A stretch of DNA of 53,153 nt from positions 1 through 53,153 of the forward strand of contig JBQVLY010000001.1 in NCBI GenBank assembly GCA_052361065.1, in the 5' to 3' direction. Position 1 is the first letter of the stretch; each line of letters begins with the position of its first letter. Shown one piece after another: positions 28,103-37,352 of this stretch. The notes beneath the pieces are model-generated. The model did not search any database, was not told the origin of the DNA, and was given only the letters and a program-made list of their open reading frames with translations. This stretch comes from Methanosarcinaceae archaeon (GTDB lineage Archaea > Halobacteriota > Methanosarcinia > Methanosarcinales > Methanosarcinaceae). Made by a program: the position numbers and the translations under genes.

Positions 28103-29404
28103 TTAGATACCTCCTTCACAAGATTCGCATCCGAGTGTCAGGTTCGACGATTCTTTTTCTGCCACGTCAGCATACGCTTTTTCGATTGCGACCTTTGCAT
28201 ATTTGATCAACTGCAACAGCGGTATTTTCGAAGGACATTCCACTGTACAAAGACCACATTCCACACAATTCATAACATGCATCATCCTACATTCATCGAA
28301 TTTACCCTTATCTGCTAAAATTGCCACACGGGTAGGAAGTATATCAACAGGACACACATCAACACACCGGGCACAATGGATGCATGGTACGGGTTGGATA
28401 GACCGAATCTCAGAGGGAGACTGTATGAGAATCCCTGCCGTCTGCTTTACAACCGGTACTTCATCTGTATACTGGGCAATGCCCGTATACAGCCCATTGA
28501 CTATTATCTTTCCGGGCTCACCGATACATCCACCACATTCCTCAAATATATCCTTAAACCTTGTACCTATAGGCACAAGTATGGACTGTGGACTACCCAC
28601 CGGACCATACACCGACACTGGCATAAGCATTGAGGGTCTGCCATTTACCACAGCATCATATACCTCATAAGCCGGATTTACTCCGCAAACAGCAACTTTA
28701 ACATCCTGTGGTGTCCCACCCATCTGGTTTCTTGCACCCAGAATATCGAACACAAGAAGATTTTCCATATTTAAGGTATATGAAATCTTTAGTGGTACAA
28801 CATGAATATTGCTTTTAAGGTTAAGGCCGGACAATATCCTGAATGCCTCCTTGTTGTTTTTGTTAACAGCAATGATTGCTCTCTTTGCACCGGATGCCTT
28901 CATCAGGAATTTTAAACCTTCATAGATTTGCTGGGAGTATAGATTAATACCCACACATCCTGCGATCATGGATGATTCATAGGTGACGTTCAAGATGATA
29001 GTATCTATATTTTCAATAACCTCGCATGTAGGTGTACCGTATATCTCGACAACACCAGCATCCTTTATGATCTGTTTGATATCGGACTGATCAGGATTCT
29101 CCATTGGATTGAACCCAACCGAATACTGCTGCTCGTCAACTGTGATCACTATGCTTAGTACCTTGTTACCAGAGGGATGAGGCAAATCATCGATCGCGGC
29201 CACAGTTCCGGAAACACTTGCGTGTACCGGTGCGGATCCGGGACCCACTGCTTCACCTATCTGTTGTCCGGCGAGAACAGTATCGCCCACCGAAACAAGA
29301 GGTTTGCATGGTGCTCCTTTGTGCTGACGTAAGGGTATCACAACATCTTCCGGAAGTTTCGTCAGAAAGTTGATCTTTTCCAGAGTATTATAATTACTTC
29401 CCAT
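28103..29404 (-). CDS. rnfC: Rnf complex subunit C
   Basis: IPLRQHKGAPCKPLVSVGDTV N-terminus and two C-terminal CxxCxxCxxxCP clusters. ATG 29404 follows GGAGAA just after the cytochrome stop; the ORF-track start is 29440. Confidence 0.92.
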   Translation of the reverse strand: MGSNYNTLEKINFLTKLPEDVVIPLRQHKGAPCKPLVSVGDTVLAGQQIGEAVGPGSAPVHASVSGTVAAIDDLPHPSGNKVLSIVITVDEQQYSVGFNPMENPDQSDIKQIIKDAGVVEIYGTPTCEVIENIDTIILNVTYESSMIAGCVGINLYSQQIYEGLKFLMKASGAKRAIIAVNKNNKEAFRILSGLNLKSNIHVVPLKISYTLNMENLLVFDILGARNQMGGTPQDVKVAVCGVNPAYEVYDAVVNGRPSMLMPVSVYGPVGSPQSILVPIGTRFKDIFEECGGCIGEPGKIIVNGLYTGIAQYTDEVPVVKQTAGILIQSPSEIRSIQPVPCIHCARCVDVCPVDILPTRVAILADKGKFDECRMMHVMNCVECGLCTVECPSKIPLLQLIKYAKVAIEKAYADVAEKESSNLTLGCESCEGGI

Positions 29405-29405
29405 G

Positions 29406-30920
29406 TTACTGTTCTCCTGTCTGGTCATTTGAATTTCCAACCAATTCCGGCTGACCCTCCGCCTCTACTGGTTTTGGTCGAGGATCATATTTTTCCACTT
29501 CGATCGACAATACAGAATAGTCCCCGGGAGATGCAGGATCTGCATCATAGCCCAGAGCTAACCAGTCTACCGGAGGTCTGTATTCATGACATATCGTGCA
29601 CTCGATCGGCTCCGCAGTGAAGTGAATACTGTCCAGGATATTTGTTCCTGATGCACAGTGACAATTACCACAGGTTAGCGGATCTGCCAGACCGACTTTT
29701 GTGCTGGCGATATTATGGCTGACCCTGAAATACAGGTCCTGCTGACGCAATACTGCATTCGGATAATCCGGCTGACCATTATTGTCACCATCGTATGCGT
29801 GTATCTCACCCAACGAAACTTGACCGTTATTATCAGCATCTGCTGCTTTCACATCGGCCAGTGCTATCGGATCACCGATAGATGTACTGGTATCAGGATT
29901 CGTCCTGACTTCAGCATTTGTCCCTGCATCCCACCAGGTTATAGCAATAATATTGAACGGTACCAGTTTTACACCAGGATCATCCTTGCTGTCCGGAACC
30001 GGAAGTTTATCATTATCCATTCCGTCCGACCATTCAAGTACAGGCCTGATCTCGGAATCCTTGTATATCTCTTCCTTTACACCGTTTGCCCAGTTAACAG
30101 ATCCAAGCACGGTTTCTGCCGGAAGCATGGGTATGTGACAACCATCACATGCAACTTTCGCATAGTGTGCGCCATCAATGACCATTCCGTGGCTTATACC
30201 CTCATGACAATCAATACATTCCTTCATATCTTCGCTGCTGTTAGCAGGATCAGATATGCCGGCCCTGCCAATCTGGTGGTCCGTTGTAATATGACAATCC
30301 GAGCATGCCACCGAATAGCTGGCATGTACATCATATTGATCATAATCACTCTGGGTCCATTTAACACCGGTCTTTTTGGAATCACCCGAATGGCATGTGT
30401 ATGCACAAGTCCGGGTTGTTGAAACACCATAAGACACAGGTTGACTTGTCAAAATAGCCTCTACTGCATCAAAGTTTGCTTCGGTGTACCTGCCCTGTGC
30501 AATAGCCCTGCCGCGTGCATCCCAATCGTACTTTCCGGTCGGGTCGTGGCAGATATTGCAATCAACATCCATTCCTTCGCCGCCATCAATTGTTTCAAGA
30601 GGTCCACCGCCCGGATGATAATTCATATATGACTTTGCCCAGTCATCTTCACTGCCAGGCTCAATCTCAAACCTTGTGAGGTACGACATGCCACTGTACA
30701 TACTTTCTTTAAAATCTCCTGCACGCTGTACATGGTAAGATGCTACAACATCATCGTACGCATTTCCGTGACAGCCGCCACATTGAAGATCGTCCCACCG
30801 TCCATCGCTCAGGTAATGTGGAGCAATGGCCTGATCTCCGCTATGTCCTAAATTGCCCATATAAACACCGGCAATCAGTACAACAATAACAACTGCTGTT
30901 TTTATTAATAATCCATTCAT
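29406..30920 (-). CDS. mmcA: multihaem c-type cytochrome (MmcA-like), 7 CxxCH plus one CxxxCH
   Basis: N-terminal signal/anchor helix. CGGCH, CNICH, CAYTCH, CSDCH, CIDCH, CDGCH, CGNCH and CTICH read directly. Sits immediately upstream of rnfC, as in Methanosarcina acetivorans. Confidence 0.9.
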   Translation of the reverse strand: MNGLLIKTAVVIVVLIAGVYMGNLGHSGDQAIAPHYLSDGRWDDLQCGGCHGNAYDDVVASYHVQRAGDFKESMYSGMSYLTRFEIEPGSEDDWAKSYMNYHPGGGPLETIDGGEGMDVDCNICHDPTGKYDWDARGRAIAQGRYTEANFDAVEAILTSQPVSYGVSTTRTCAYTCHSGDSKKTGVKWTQSDYDQYDVHASYSVACSDCHITTDHQIGRAGISDPANSSEDMKECIDCHEGISHGMVIDGAHYAKVACDGCHIPMLPAETVLGSVNWANGVKEEIYKDSEIRPVLEWSDGMDNDKLPVPDSKDDPGVKLVPFNIIAITWWDAGTNAEVRTNPDTSTSIGDPIALADVKAADADNNGQVSLGEIHAYDGDNNGQPDYPNAVLRQQDLYFRVSHNIASTKVGLADPLTCGNCHCASGTNILDSIHFTAEPIECTICHEYRPPVDWLALGYDADPASPGDYSVLSIEVEKYDPRPKPVEAEGQPELVGNSNDQTGEQ

Positions 30921-30935
30921 CTTTCAAACCACCTG

Positions 30936-31301
30936 TTAATAATCAACCGCCTTATCCGGATCATATAGTGGATGTTCTCTCTTTGAAAAATAGTTACACA
31001 TAGGCTTTATAAGGCCCAGCACCATAGCAATTATCTGTGTCACGACGAGGAACATTGCAATATTCAATCCGATATTGCCAATCATGAAAAGAGCTTCATG
31101 TTCCATAAGATTCGTTTTAGTCAGATCCGGCGTTATAATTGCAGGGTCTATATAAGTCTGCCATTCAACGATCGGTAGAAGTATGTTCGTGTGCATGATG
31201 TACGTGTATGACATGCACAGGTACACATATATAAGGGAAACCAGAGAAACGATGGCAAGTATTATGCCAAAGATCCTTAATGGATTCTTTTTATGACTCA
31301 T
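30936..31301 (-). CDS. small integral membrane protein, unknown function
   Basis: 121 aa with hydrophobic segments. 4-nt overlap with the upstream cytochrome b gene; lies 15 nt upstream of the cytochrome c start. Confidence 0.6.
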   Translation of the reverse strand: MSHKKNPLRIFGIILAIVSLVSLIYVYLCMSYTYIMHTNILLPIVEWQTYIDPAIITPDLTKTNLMEHEALFMIGNIGLNIAMFLVVTQIIAMVLGLIKPMCNYFSKREHPLYDPDKAVDY

Positions 31302-31975
31302 TTGGAATCACCTTCCATAACCTCATCATACCATTGCGTATACTCATGCTGGACCTCATGCGCATCCATGTATCCTGTAAACATTGTTTTATCAACCGGG
31401 AAGCGCGCTGGTGTGAGATGTACCACATAGAAATGCAGCAAAATACCGGCTAAACTCAGTATTGCAAAACTGCCGTGTACAAATTTCAAGGAAAGAATTA
31501 TCGACTTAGGTAGGATTGATGTGAAAAACCATGGTATCCATATAACAATTCCTGTAACTCCCATGATCAGGGCATCAAAGATTGCAACACTGAAAATATC
31601 GATCTTTTCAAGCCAGTTGTATTTGCGGTATCCTTCGGGCTGCTTTCCGATGTGGAATGCATATAAGACATCTTTTACAGCTGCTTTGCCATCATGGAGA
31701 CCTGGAAGCACATTTTTCAATGGTGAGAAATCGATGAATGCCAGGTAGAGTGCAAAATAGATTGCATAATATATAGCTGATGCAACGAGTGCAATCCCCG
31801 CAACCCGGTGTATATACATCATCTTTGAAAGACCTATAAGTTCCGGAATCCACCCAAGTTCTTTAGGAAATATAAGAGAGATTCCTGTGAGATATAATAT
31901 CATAATCGAAAGTGCACACACTGTATGTACTCCAATCTGTGCTTCTGAAAAACGTTCTATCATCTTAGCTGACAT
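31298..31975 (-). CDS. di-haem b-type cytochrome (FdnI / Ni-Fe hydrogenase cytochrome b family-like)
   Basis: 225 aa, four to five TM helices. ERFSEAQIGVHTV...LTG N-terminus. His17, His56, His167 and His181 (Hx13H in the last helix) match the four-His ligand pattern of this family. Confidence 0.75.
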   Translation of the reverse strand: MSAKMIERFSEAQIGVHTVCALSIMILYLTGISLIFPKELGWIPELIGLSKMMYIHRVAGIALVASAIYYAIYFALYLAFIDFSPLKNVLPGLHDGKAAVKDVLYAFHIGKQPEGYRKYNWLEKIDIFSVAIFDALIMGVTGIVIWIPWFFTSILPKSIILSLKFVHGSFAILSLAGILLHFYVVHLTPARFPVDKTMFTGYMDAHEVQHEYTQWYDEVMEGDSK

Positions 31976-31986
31976 GATTCACCTCA

Positions 31987-32226
31987 CTAATTTCTAATAA
32001 GTCTAAGATGTACAATTAATGTCAGGAATGTCAGGAAGCATGATCCACATACAACAATAAGTGTAAGACCAAGCTTTAGCAAACCAAGTAGTTCATATTC
32101 GGTACTTGTCATTAATGGAAGCGATGTGTCCGGTGTATTGTATGTTGACACTAAACCCATGACCAACCACACAAGTACAATGGTAATAACACATGCTATA
32201 AAACTAATATTTGATTTTGTAACCAT
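31987..32226 (-). CDS. small membrane protein (two TM helices), unknown function
   Basis: 79-aa hydrophobic ORF, 11 nt upstream of the cytochrome b gene. Confidence 0.5.
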   Translation of the reverse strand: MVTKSNISFIACVITIVLVWLVMGLVSTYNTPDTSLPLMTSTEYELLGLLKLGLTLIVVCGSCFLTFLTLIVHLRLIRN

Positions 32227-32264
32227 TTTTATTCTCCTGTAAACACCATCGGATGTAAAACCGA

Positions 32265-32666
32265 TTATTCAGCTGCCATTTCAAGTTGTTTAATTACTAC
32301 AGCGATTGTATTTCTTAAGCGCTGCTCATTCAGTATCTTCAGATCCGATGATACATACTTGTTAATTTCAAACTTTTTCGGAATTTCCTTCCTATTGAGA
32401 TCCAATGATTTTTCAAGCGTTCCTTTTTCAGGAGATATTCCCCAAAAACTCACATTTAAGAAAACTCCCATTACATGCGCTTTTATTTCGATCCTCTCAA
32501 GGTGTGATTCGGGTTTTATGTACACCATGTTGTGGGACTCAACGCCAAAATTTTCTTCGATTCCATTCCAGCCGTGCTCTTCCATTAATTGATGAATGGC
32601 AACGATGAGATACTTATCTTTCGCTGACGCCGCTGTATCACCTTTTCCTGTGCTGTGGTCACTCAT
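32265..32666 (-). CDS. hypothetical soluble protein at the head of the cytochrome/rnf cluster
   Basis: About 133 aa from MSDHSTGK; the ORF track gives an upstream start at 32696. I recognise no motif. Confidence 0.5.
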   Translation of the reverse strand: MSDHSTGKGDTAASAKDKYLIVAIHQLMEEHGWNGIEENFGVESHNMVYIKPESHLERIEIKAHVMGVFLNVSFWGISPEKGTLEKSLDLNRKEIPKKFEINKYVSSDLKILNEQRLRNTIAVVIKQLEMAAE

Positions 32667-32794
32667 AATAATACATCCTTTATAACAATAATACAATTAT
32701 AAATTCTATATAAGTCACTGGGCGACAATACTTATATCTTTCGAAATTCACTCAGTAACGATGGTTTAATAGCAATAAAATACTATGGTTATGT

Positions 32795-33844
32795 ATGAAC
32801 TCAAAAACTGCTGTAATTATTGGATTAATGCTAGTTTCCCTGATATCATTACTATCGGTAGGATGTGTGGATCAAAAAACGGGTGAATATGAACTTATAA
32901 ATGGCACAAAACCTTATCGTGAATCCCGGGACATAATGGATACAATTGTTACCATTGAAGTCCTTGATAATAATGAAACACATGCATTGAAATCCATAAA
33001 TCTGGCATTTGATAAGATATATCATATAGACAACCTTATGAGCTCATATAAGAATGACAGCGAACTTAGCATCCTGAACCGTCAGGGGTATCTGGACAAT
33101 GCAAACCCTGACCTTGTCTGTGTGCTTGAACGTTCAATATATTATTCAGAGGTCAGTGATGGCGCTTTTGATATTACCATAAAACCCATACTTGACCTGT
33201 GGAAAAGCAAGTACAGCCCTGGTGGCACATACATGCCCCCTATTCCTTACGAGATCAACGAGACACTGGAACTTGTTAACTATTCAGGTATTGTGTTTGA
33301 TGGCAGCAACATCTCACTCCGACCAAACATGAGTGTAGTAGTTGGTGGTATTGCAAAGGGATATTCTGCTGACATGGCAATTGAGTCTCTAAAACTTGAT
33401 GGCATTACAAATGGTTTTGTGAACGCAGGGGGAGATGGGAGATTTATTGGTCTTAACGAACAGGAGATGCCATGGGAAATCGGGTTGCAGAATCCGGATA
33501 AAAGTGGCGGAGCAGTCATAATAATGCAACTAAGTGATATGGCTGTCGCAACAAGCGGTAACTATGAACGCTATTTTAATGATGCTGCAAAGGTATCTCA
33601 CATTTCAGACCCAAGAACCGGATATTCATCCATTGAATTAATAAGTGCCACAGTAATCACTGATAATGCGATGGATGCTGATGCTCTTGCAACAACTGTT
33701 TTCGTTCTGGGCGAAGAGGAGGGAATTAGTTTGATCGAGTGTCTTGATGGCGTTGAGTGTCTAATAATCACAGATGACAAGAGGATAGTGCGCTCAAGTG
33801 GGTTTGATAAATACGAGATCGAACAGGATAAAATAGCCGAATGA
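32795..33844 (+). CDS. apbE: FAD:protein FMN transferase (ApbE family lipoprotein)
   Basis: Signal peptide with lipobox-like LLSVGC. MDT..., GGIAKGYSAD and VATSGNYERYF motifs. Confidence 0.88.
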   Translation: MNSKTAVIIGLMLVSLISLLSVGCVDQKTGEYELINGTKPYRESRDIMDTIVTIEVLDNNETHALKSINLAFDKIYHIDNLMSSYKNDSELSILNRQGYLDNANPDLVCVLERSIYYSEVSDGAFDITIKPILDLWKSKYSPGGTYMPPIPYEINETLELVNYSGIVFDGSNISLRPNMSVVVGGIAKGYSADMAIESLKLDGITNGFVNAGGDGRFIGLNEQEMPWEIGLQNPDKSGGAVIIMQLSDMAVATSGNYERYFNDAAKVSHISDPRTGYSSIELISATVITDNAMDADALATTVFVLGEEEGISLIECLDGVECLIITDDKRIVRSSGFDKYEIEQDKIAE

Positions 33845-33896
33845 AGATCCCCACAGCAGAGCTGTGGGGTATTATAATAAAATAAATTTACATGTT

Positions 33897-34427
33897 TTAC
33901 TTTTTGTCCGGATCAGTTTTTTGCTTGTGAAGTATCCATCCGGAAGAATCGATTTTTCCATTTGGTAACACGACTATTGTATCATCACTCATCCTTAATC
34001 TTGATTTTCTTAGCGTAACATCAATTATTACACCTCTGCGGTTTAGTGTCTCGATTTCATCACCAATATTAAAGTGTTTATCTAACAGGATGAATATTCC
34101 TGCAATTGCATCACTTAAAATATTCTTAACAGCTAAAGCTACAGCAGCACCAACCAAAAATGAAGCGCCCATAATGGGCATCAATATCTCTTCTAATTCA
34201 AGTTCGGCAACAATGAATAATATAACACCAAACCATAAAATATATTTTACAATTCTTTGCAAAATATTATTTATATCAGAAGATAAATTGAAAACCAATA
34301 ATGAATTTTTGACAGCCCTGTTTACAATGCCAATTAAGAACCAGGAAATTGGCAAAACTATGATTATTTTCAAATAGGGTTCAACCATTATGAGTAACTC
34401 GGATATTTTTTGTTCCATATATTTCAC
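33897..34427 (-). CDS. small MscS-family mechanosensitive channel-like protein
   Basis: TM helices followed by IAGIFILLDKHFNIGDEIE...GVIIDVTLRKSRL. At 176 aa it is shorter than canonical MscS. Confidence 0.65.
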   Translation of the reverse strand: MKYMEQKISELLIMVEPYLKIIIVLPISWFLIGIVNRAVKNSLLVFNLSSDINNILQRIVKYILWFGVILFIVAELELEEILMPIMGASFLVGAAVALAVKNILSDAIAGIFILLDKHFNIGDEIETLNRRGVIIDVTLRKSRLRMSDDTIVVLPNGKIDSSGWILHKQKTDPDKK

Positions 34428-34474
34428 CTGTTCAATTAATTAACCAATTTCAGATGATTTAAAACTCGGGTAAT

Positions 34475-34681
34475 TCATAGTTTTTCCTTTGCCGTATTCA
34501 AAGATGCGGTAGATCCATCCATCTTATCGGCAGCAAGCAGTATCTCCTTAGCAGCATCCCCAAAACCGGCAGTTTCTATTTTCACAGCCCATTCCCTGAA
34601 ACTTTTACTGTGACTTTCATTATGCTCAATCCAGTGTCCAAGAAGGTGTGTAAGTTTAGCTTCATCTATTTCTTCAGTCAT
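34475..34681 (-). CDS. small helical His-rich hypothetical protein
   Basis: 68-aa ORF (HLLGHWIEHNESH). No family recognised. Confidence 0.4.
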   Translation of the reverse strand: MTEEIDEAKLTHLLGHWIEHNESHSKSFREWAVKIETAGFGDAAKEILLAADKMDGSTASLNTAKEKL

Positions 34682-34716
34682 TGTATCACTCCCTTAATAT
34701 TACATATTATTGTTAA

Positions 34717-35958
34717 TCAAACGTTTCGCGGATCGCTTATCTCCCCGGTCAGCGCCGATGCGGCTGCTGTCGCAGGTGATGCAAGATAGATATATCCCCC
34801 TGTTCCCATTCGTCCTTTAAAATTACGGTTTGCGGTTGAGATGCATACTTCACCTTCAGCAATTACTCCCATGTGCGCACCAAGACAAGGTCCGCATCCC
34901 GGTGTTATAAGAGCTACTCCTGCTTGTAAAAGTGTTTCAGCAATGCCGTTTTGAATCGCATCAATCAGGACACTGCGCGATGCAGGTGCAATAACGGTCC
35001 TGACCACGACCTTCTCACCTTTGAGTATATCTGCCGCAACCTTTAGATCCTCAAGTCGTCCGTTAGTGCATGTACCTATGAACACCTGATCTATCTTCGT
35101 GCCTTCAACTTCCGGGACACTGCAGACGTTATCTACTTCATGCGGTTGGGCAACCTGCGGCTCAAGATCGGTAACATCAATATCATACTCCTTAATATAT
35201 GCTGCATCCCTGCCAGCATATACAGGTTCGTACTCCTCTACCGCCCGCTCTTTAATATAATCAAATGTGATCTCATCTGGCGGTACAATACCTGTCTTTG
35301 CCCCCATCTCGATTGCCATGTTAGAAAGTGTCATGCGTCCTGACATTGAAAGCGATTCAATGGTGTCACCGTAAAACTCCACCGCCCTATAGGTTGCACC
35401 GGCTGCACCGATCGTTCCTATTATATTGAGTGTCAAGTCCTTTGCAGATATGCAGTTGCCAAATTTACCGTTGACTGTAATTTTTATGCTCTCCGGCACC
35501 TTGAACCAGAGTTTCCCCGTAGCAAATATTTCTGACATATCGGTTGCACCCACTCCCGTACCAAAGGCACCGAATGCTCCATATGTGCACGAATGCGAAT
35601 CCGCACCCACAACAAGTTTTCCGGGTAAGGCGAACCCATTCTCAGGGAACACCTGATGACATATTCCTTCGCCGATCTCGTAAAAGTTCGATATTCCCTG
35701 TTCACATATCCACGAGCGTATGTCATGCTGCAAAGCTGCAGCGGTTTCATTATTCGCGGGAGAAATGTGGTCAAACGGTATCACGATCCTGTCAGGGTTC
35801 CATACTTTTTCAATTCCCATCTCCCGAAATGACCTGACTGCAAGAACACTTGTACCGTCATGCGCCATTGCATAATCTACATTTGCAGTCACAAAATCGT
35901 TGGCTTTTGCCTTTTTACCTGATGCACGGCTAAATATTTTCTCGCTAATTGTGCTCAA
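34717..35958 (-). CDS. aconitase-family dehydratase large subunit (3-isopropylmalate / homoaconitate dehydratase, LeuC/HacA type)
   Basis: 413 aa. [22 protein letters not shown] and PGCGPCLG Fe-S ligand motifs. TTG start. Confidence 0.88.
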   Translation of the reverse strand: MSTISEKIFSRASGKKAKANDFVTANVDYAMAHDGTSVLAVRSFREMGIEKVWNPDRIVIPFDHISPANNETAAALQHDIRSWICEQGISNFYEIGEGICHQVFPENGFALPGKLVVGADSHSCTYGAFGAFGTGVGATDMSEIFATGKLWFKVPESIKITVNGKFGNCISAKDLTLNIIGTIGAAGATYRAVEFYGDTIESLSMSGRMTLSNMAIEMGAKTGIVPPDEITFDYIKERAVEEYEPVYAGRDAAYIKEYDIDVTDLEPQVAQPHEVDNVCSVPEVEGTKIDQVFIGTCTNGRLEDLKVAADILKGEKVVVRTVIAPASRSVLIDAIQNGIAETLLQAGVALITPGCGPCLGAHMGVIAEGEVCISTANRNFKGRMGTGGYIYLASPATAAASALTGEISDPRNV

Positions 35959-36074
35959 AGATACAACTCCTGTTAAATCGTGGTATAAGGTAAGCAGGTA
36001 AGGTTAATAGTTATTTGCATCCGGCACGGCATTATTTATATAGTCTCAGCAATTTTATTAGAATTGTTAAAGAC

Positions 36075-36178
36075 AAAAATGAGGGACAATTTCCCCCTCC
36101 TTATACATTGCCTTTATTCTCATAAATTTTCTCCATCCTTTCCTTCAAATTGTTTGATCAGATATATATATATTCATC
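36075..36178 (+). repeat. ~100-bp dispersed repeat, copy 1
   Basis: Aligns at high identity by eye with the reverse complement of 46939-47037. Shared core: ATACATTGCCTTTAT..CATAAATTTTCTCCATCCTTTCCTTC.AATT.TTTGATCA. Confidence 0.8.
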
Positions 36179-37352
36179 AGCAATTCGCAGATCGCCCAAA
36201 AATGCCCTTATTCATAATTGCCATCTTCAATAATACCGGCGAAACAATAATTGAGACAATTACCATCAGCACTATTGCAGAAAAAACTTCATCCCCGATG
36301 ATACCCATGCTCCTACCAGTTGATATAACCACAAGCTCAACACCAGCCCGCGGCATCATACCCAGACCGAATACCAGGCTGTCATGGTAATCAAAGCCAA
36401 TCAGCCTTGTTCCGATAAAACCGCCTATAAGTTTACCCAGTAGTGCCAGTACAACCACAAAAGCAGCGAATAAACCGGCTGTTCTTACAATTTCAAATTC
36501 AACAGACATTCCGATAAATGCAAAAAAGATCGGAACAAAAATCCCATAAGCAAGTCCGCTCACCTTGCTTTGTACATCACTAATCTTTGCAAGCGGGACA
36601 TCCGATAGAAGAACACCACCTATAAATGCCCCGATCACAGCATGCAGCCCGAACACTTCTGCAAGATAAGCTGAAAAGAGTGCTATTATTATTACAAATG
36701 CAAAAATGGATTCCTTGACATGCATTTTCTGGACGCATGTAAAAAGACGCGGGAACACCTTCAAACCAAAGAAACCCATTATTGCCATGTACCCAACAAT
36801 TTTTGCTGCAATTATAAGGATCTGCATGCCGGATGGGATCTGGTTATATGTTGCCATTGTTACTACGATTAAAAGCAGGAAGATGCATATAATATCATCA
36901 AATATGGCAGAGGTTAGCATCATCGTTCCGGGCCGGCTTGAAAGAGAATCAGAGTCGATCAATGTCTTGACCACGACCCCGATACTTGTCGGGCTGAATG
37001 CAACTCCCATGAAAATACTCTGCAAAAATCCAAGTTTGAATATCAATCCAAGCAGGAAACCAAAACCAAATGCAAAAAACATCTGCAATATGGTCGGGAT
37101 AAGTGCTTTTCCGGATGCACTGCGCAACTGTGTGATATGGACTTCCCTGTAGCCTGCCGTAAATAGCAGGAATATCGCACCAAGTTCGGCAAAGAATGAC
37201 AGCACATCGCTATCCGGCTCTATAAACAATACACCAATTACAACTCCTGCAAATATCTCCCCCAGTATTGCAGGATAACCTGCTCTTTCAATGACTTCCC
37301 CGAAGACTTTTGCTAAAAACACGATGAGAAGGATCAGAAGTAGATCATCCAT
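36177..37352 (-). CDS. cation:proton antiporter (CPA2, Kef/NapA-like)
   Basis: 391-aa polytopic protein with the Na+/H+ exchanger-type N-terminus AKVFGEVIERAGYPAILGEIFAGVVIG. Confidence 0.8.
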   Translation of the reverse strand: MDDLLLILLIVFLAKVFGEVIERAGYPAILGEIFAGVVIGVLFIEPDSDVLSFFAELGAIFLLFTAGYREVHITQLRSASGKALIPTILQMFFAFGFGFLLGLIFKLGFLQSIFMGVAFSPTSIGVVVKTLIDSDSLSSRPGTMMLTSAIFDDIICIFLLLIVVTMATYNQIPSGMQILIIAAKIVGYMAIMGFFGLKVFPRLFTCVQKMHVKESIFAFVIIIALFSAYLAEVFGLHAVIGAFIGGVLLSDVPLAKISDVQSKVSGLAYGIFVPIFFAFIGMSVEFEIVRTAGLFAAFVVVLALLGKLIGGFIGTRLIGFDYHDSLVFGLGMMPRAGVELVVISTGRSMGIIGDEVFSAIVLMVIVSIIVSPVLLKMAIMNKGIFGRSANC

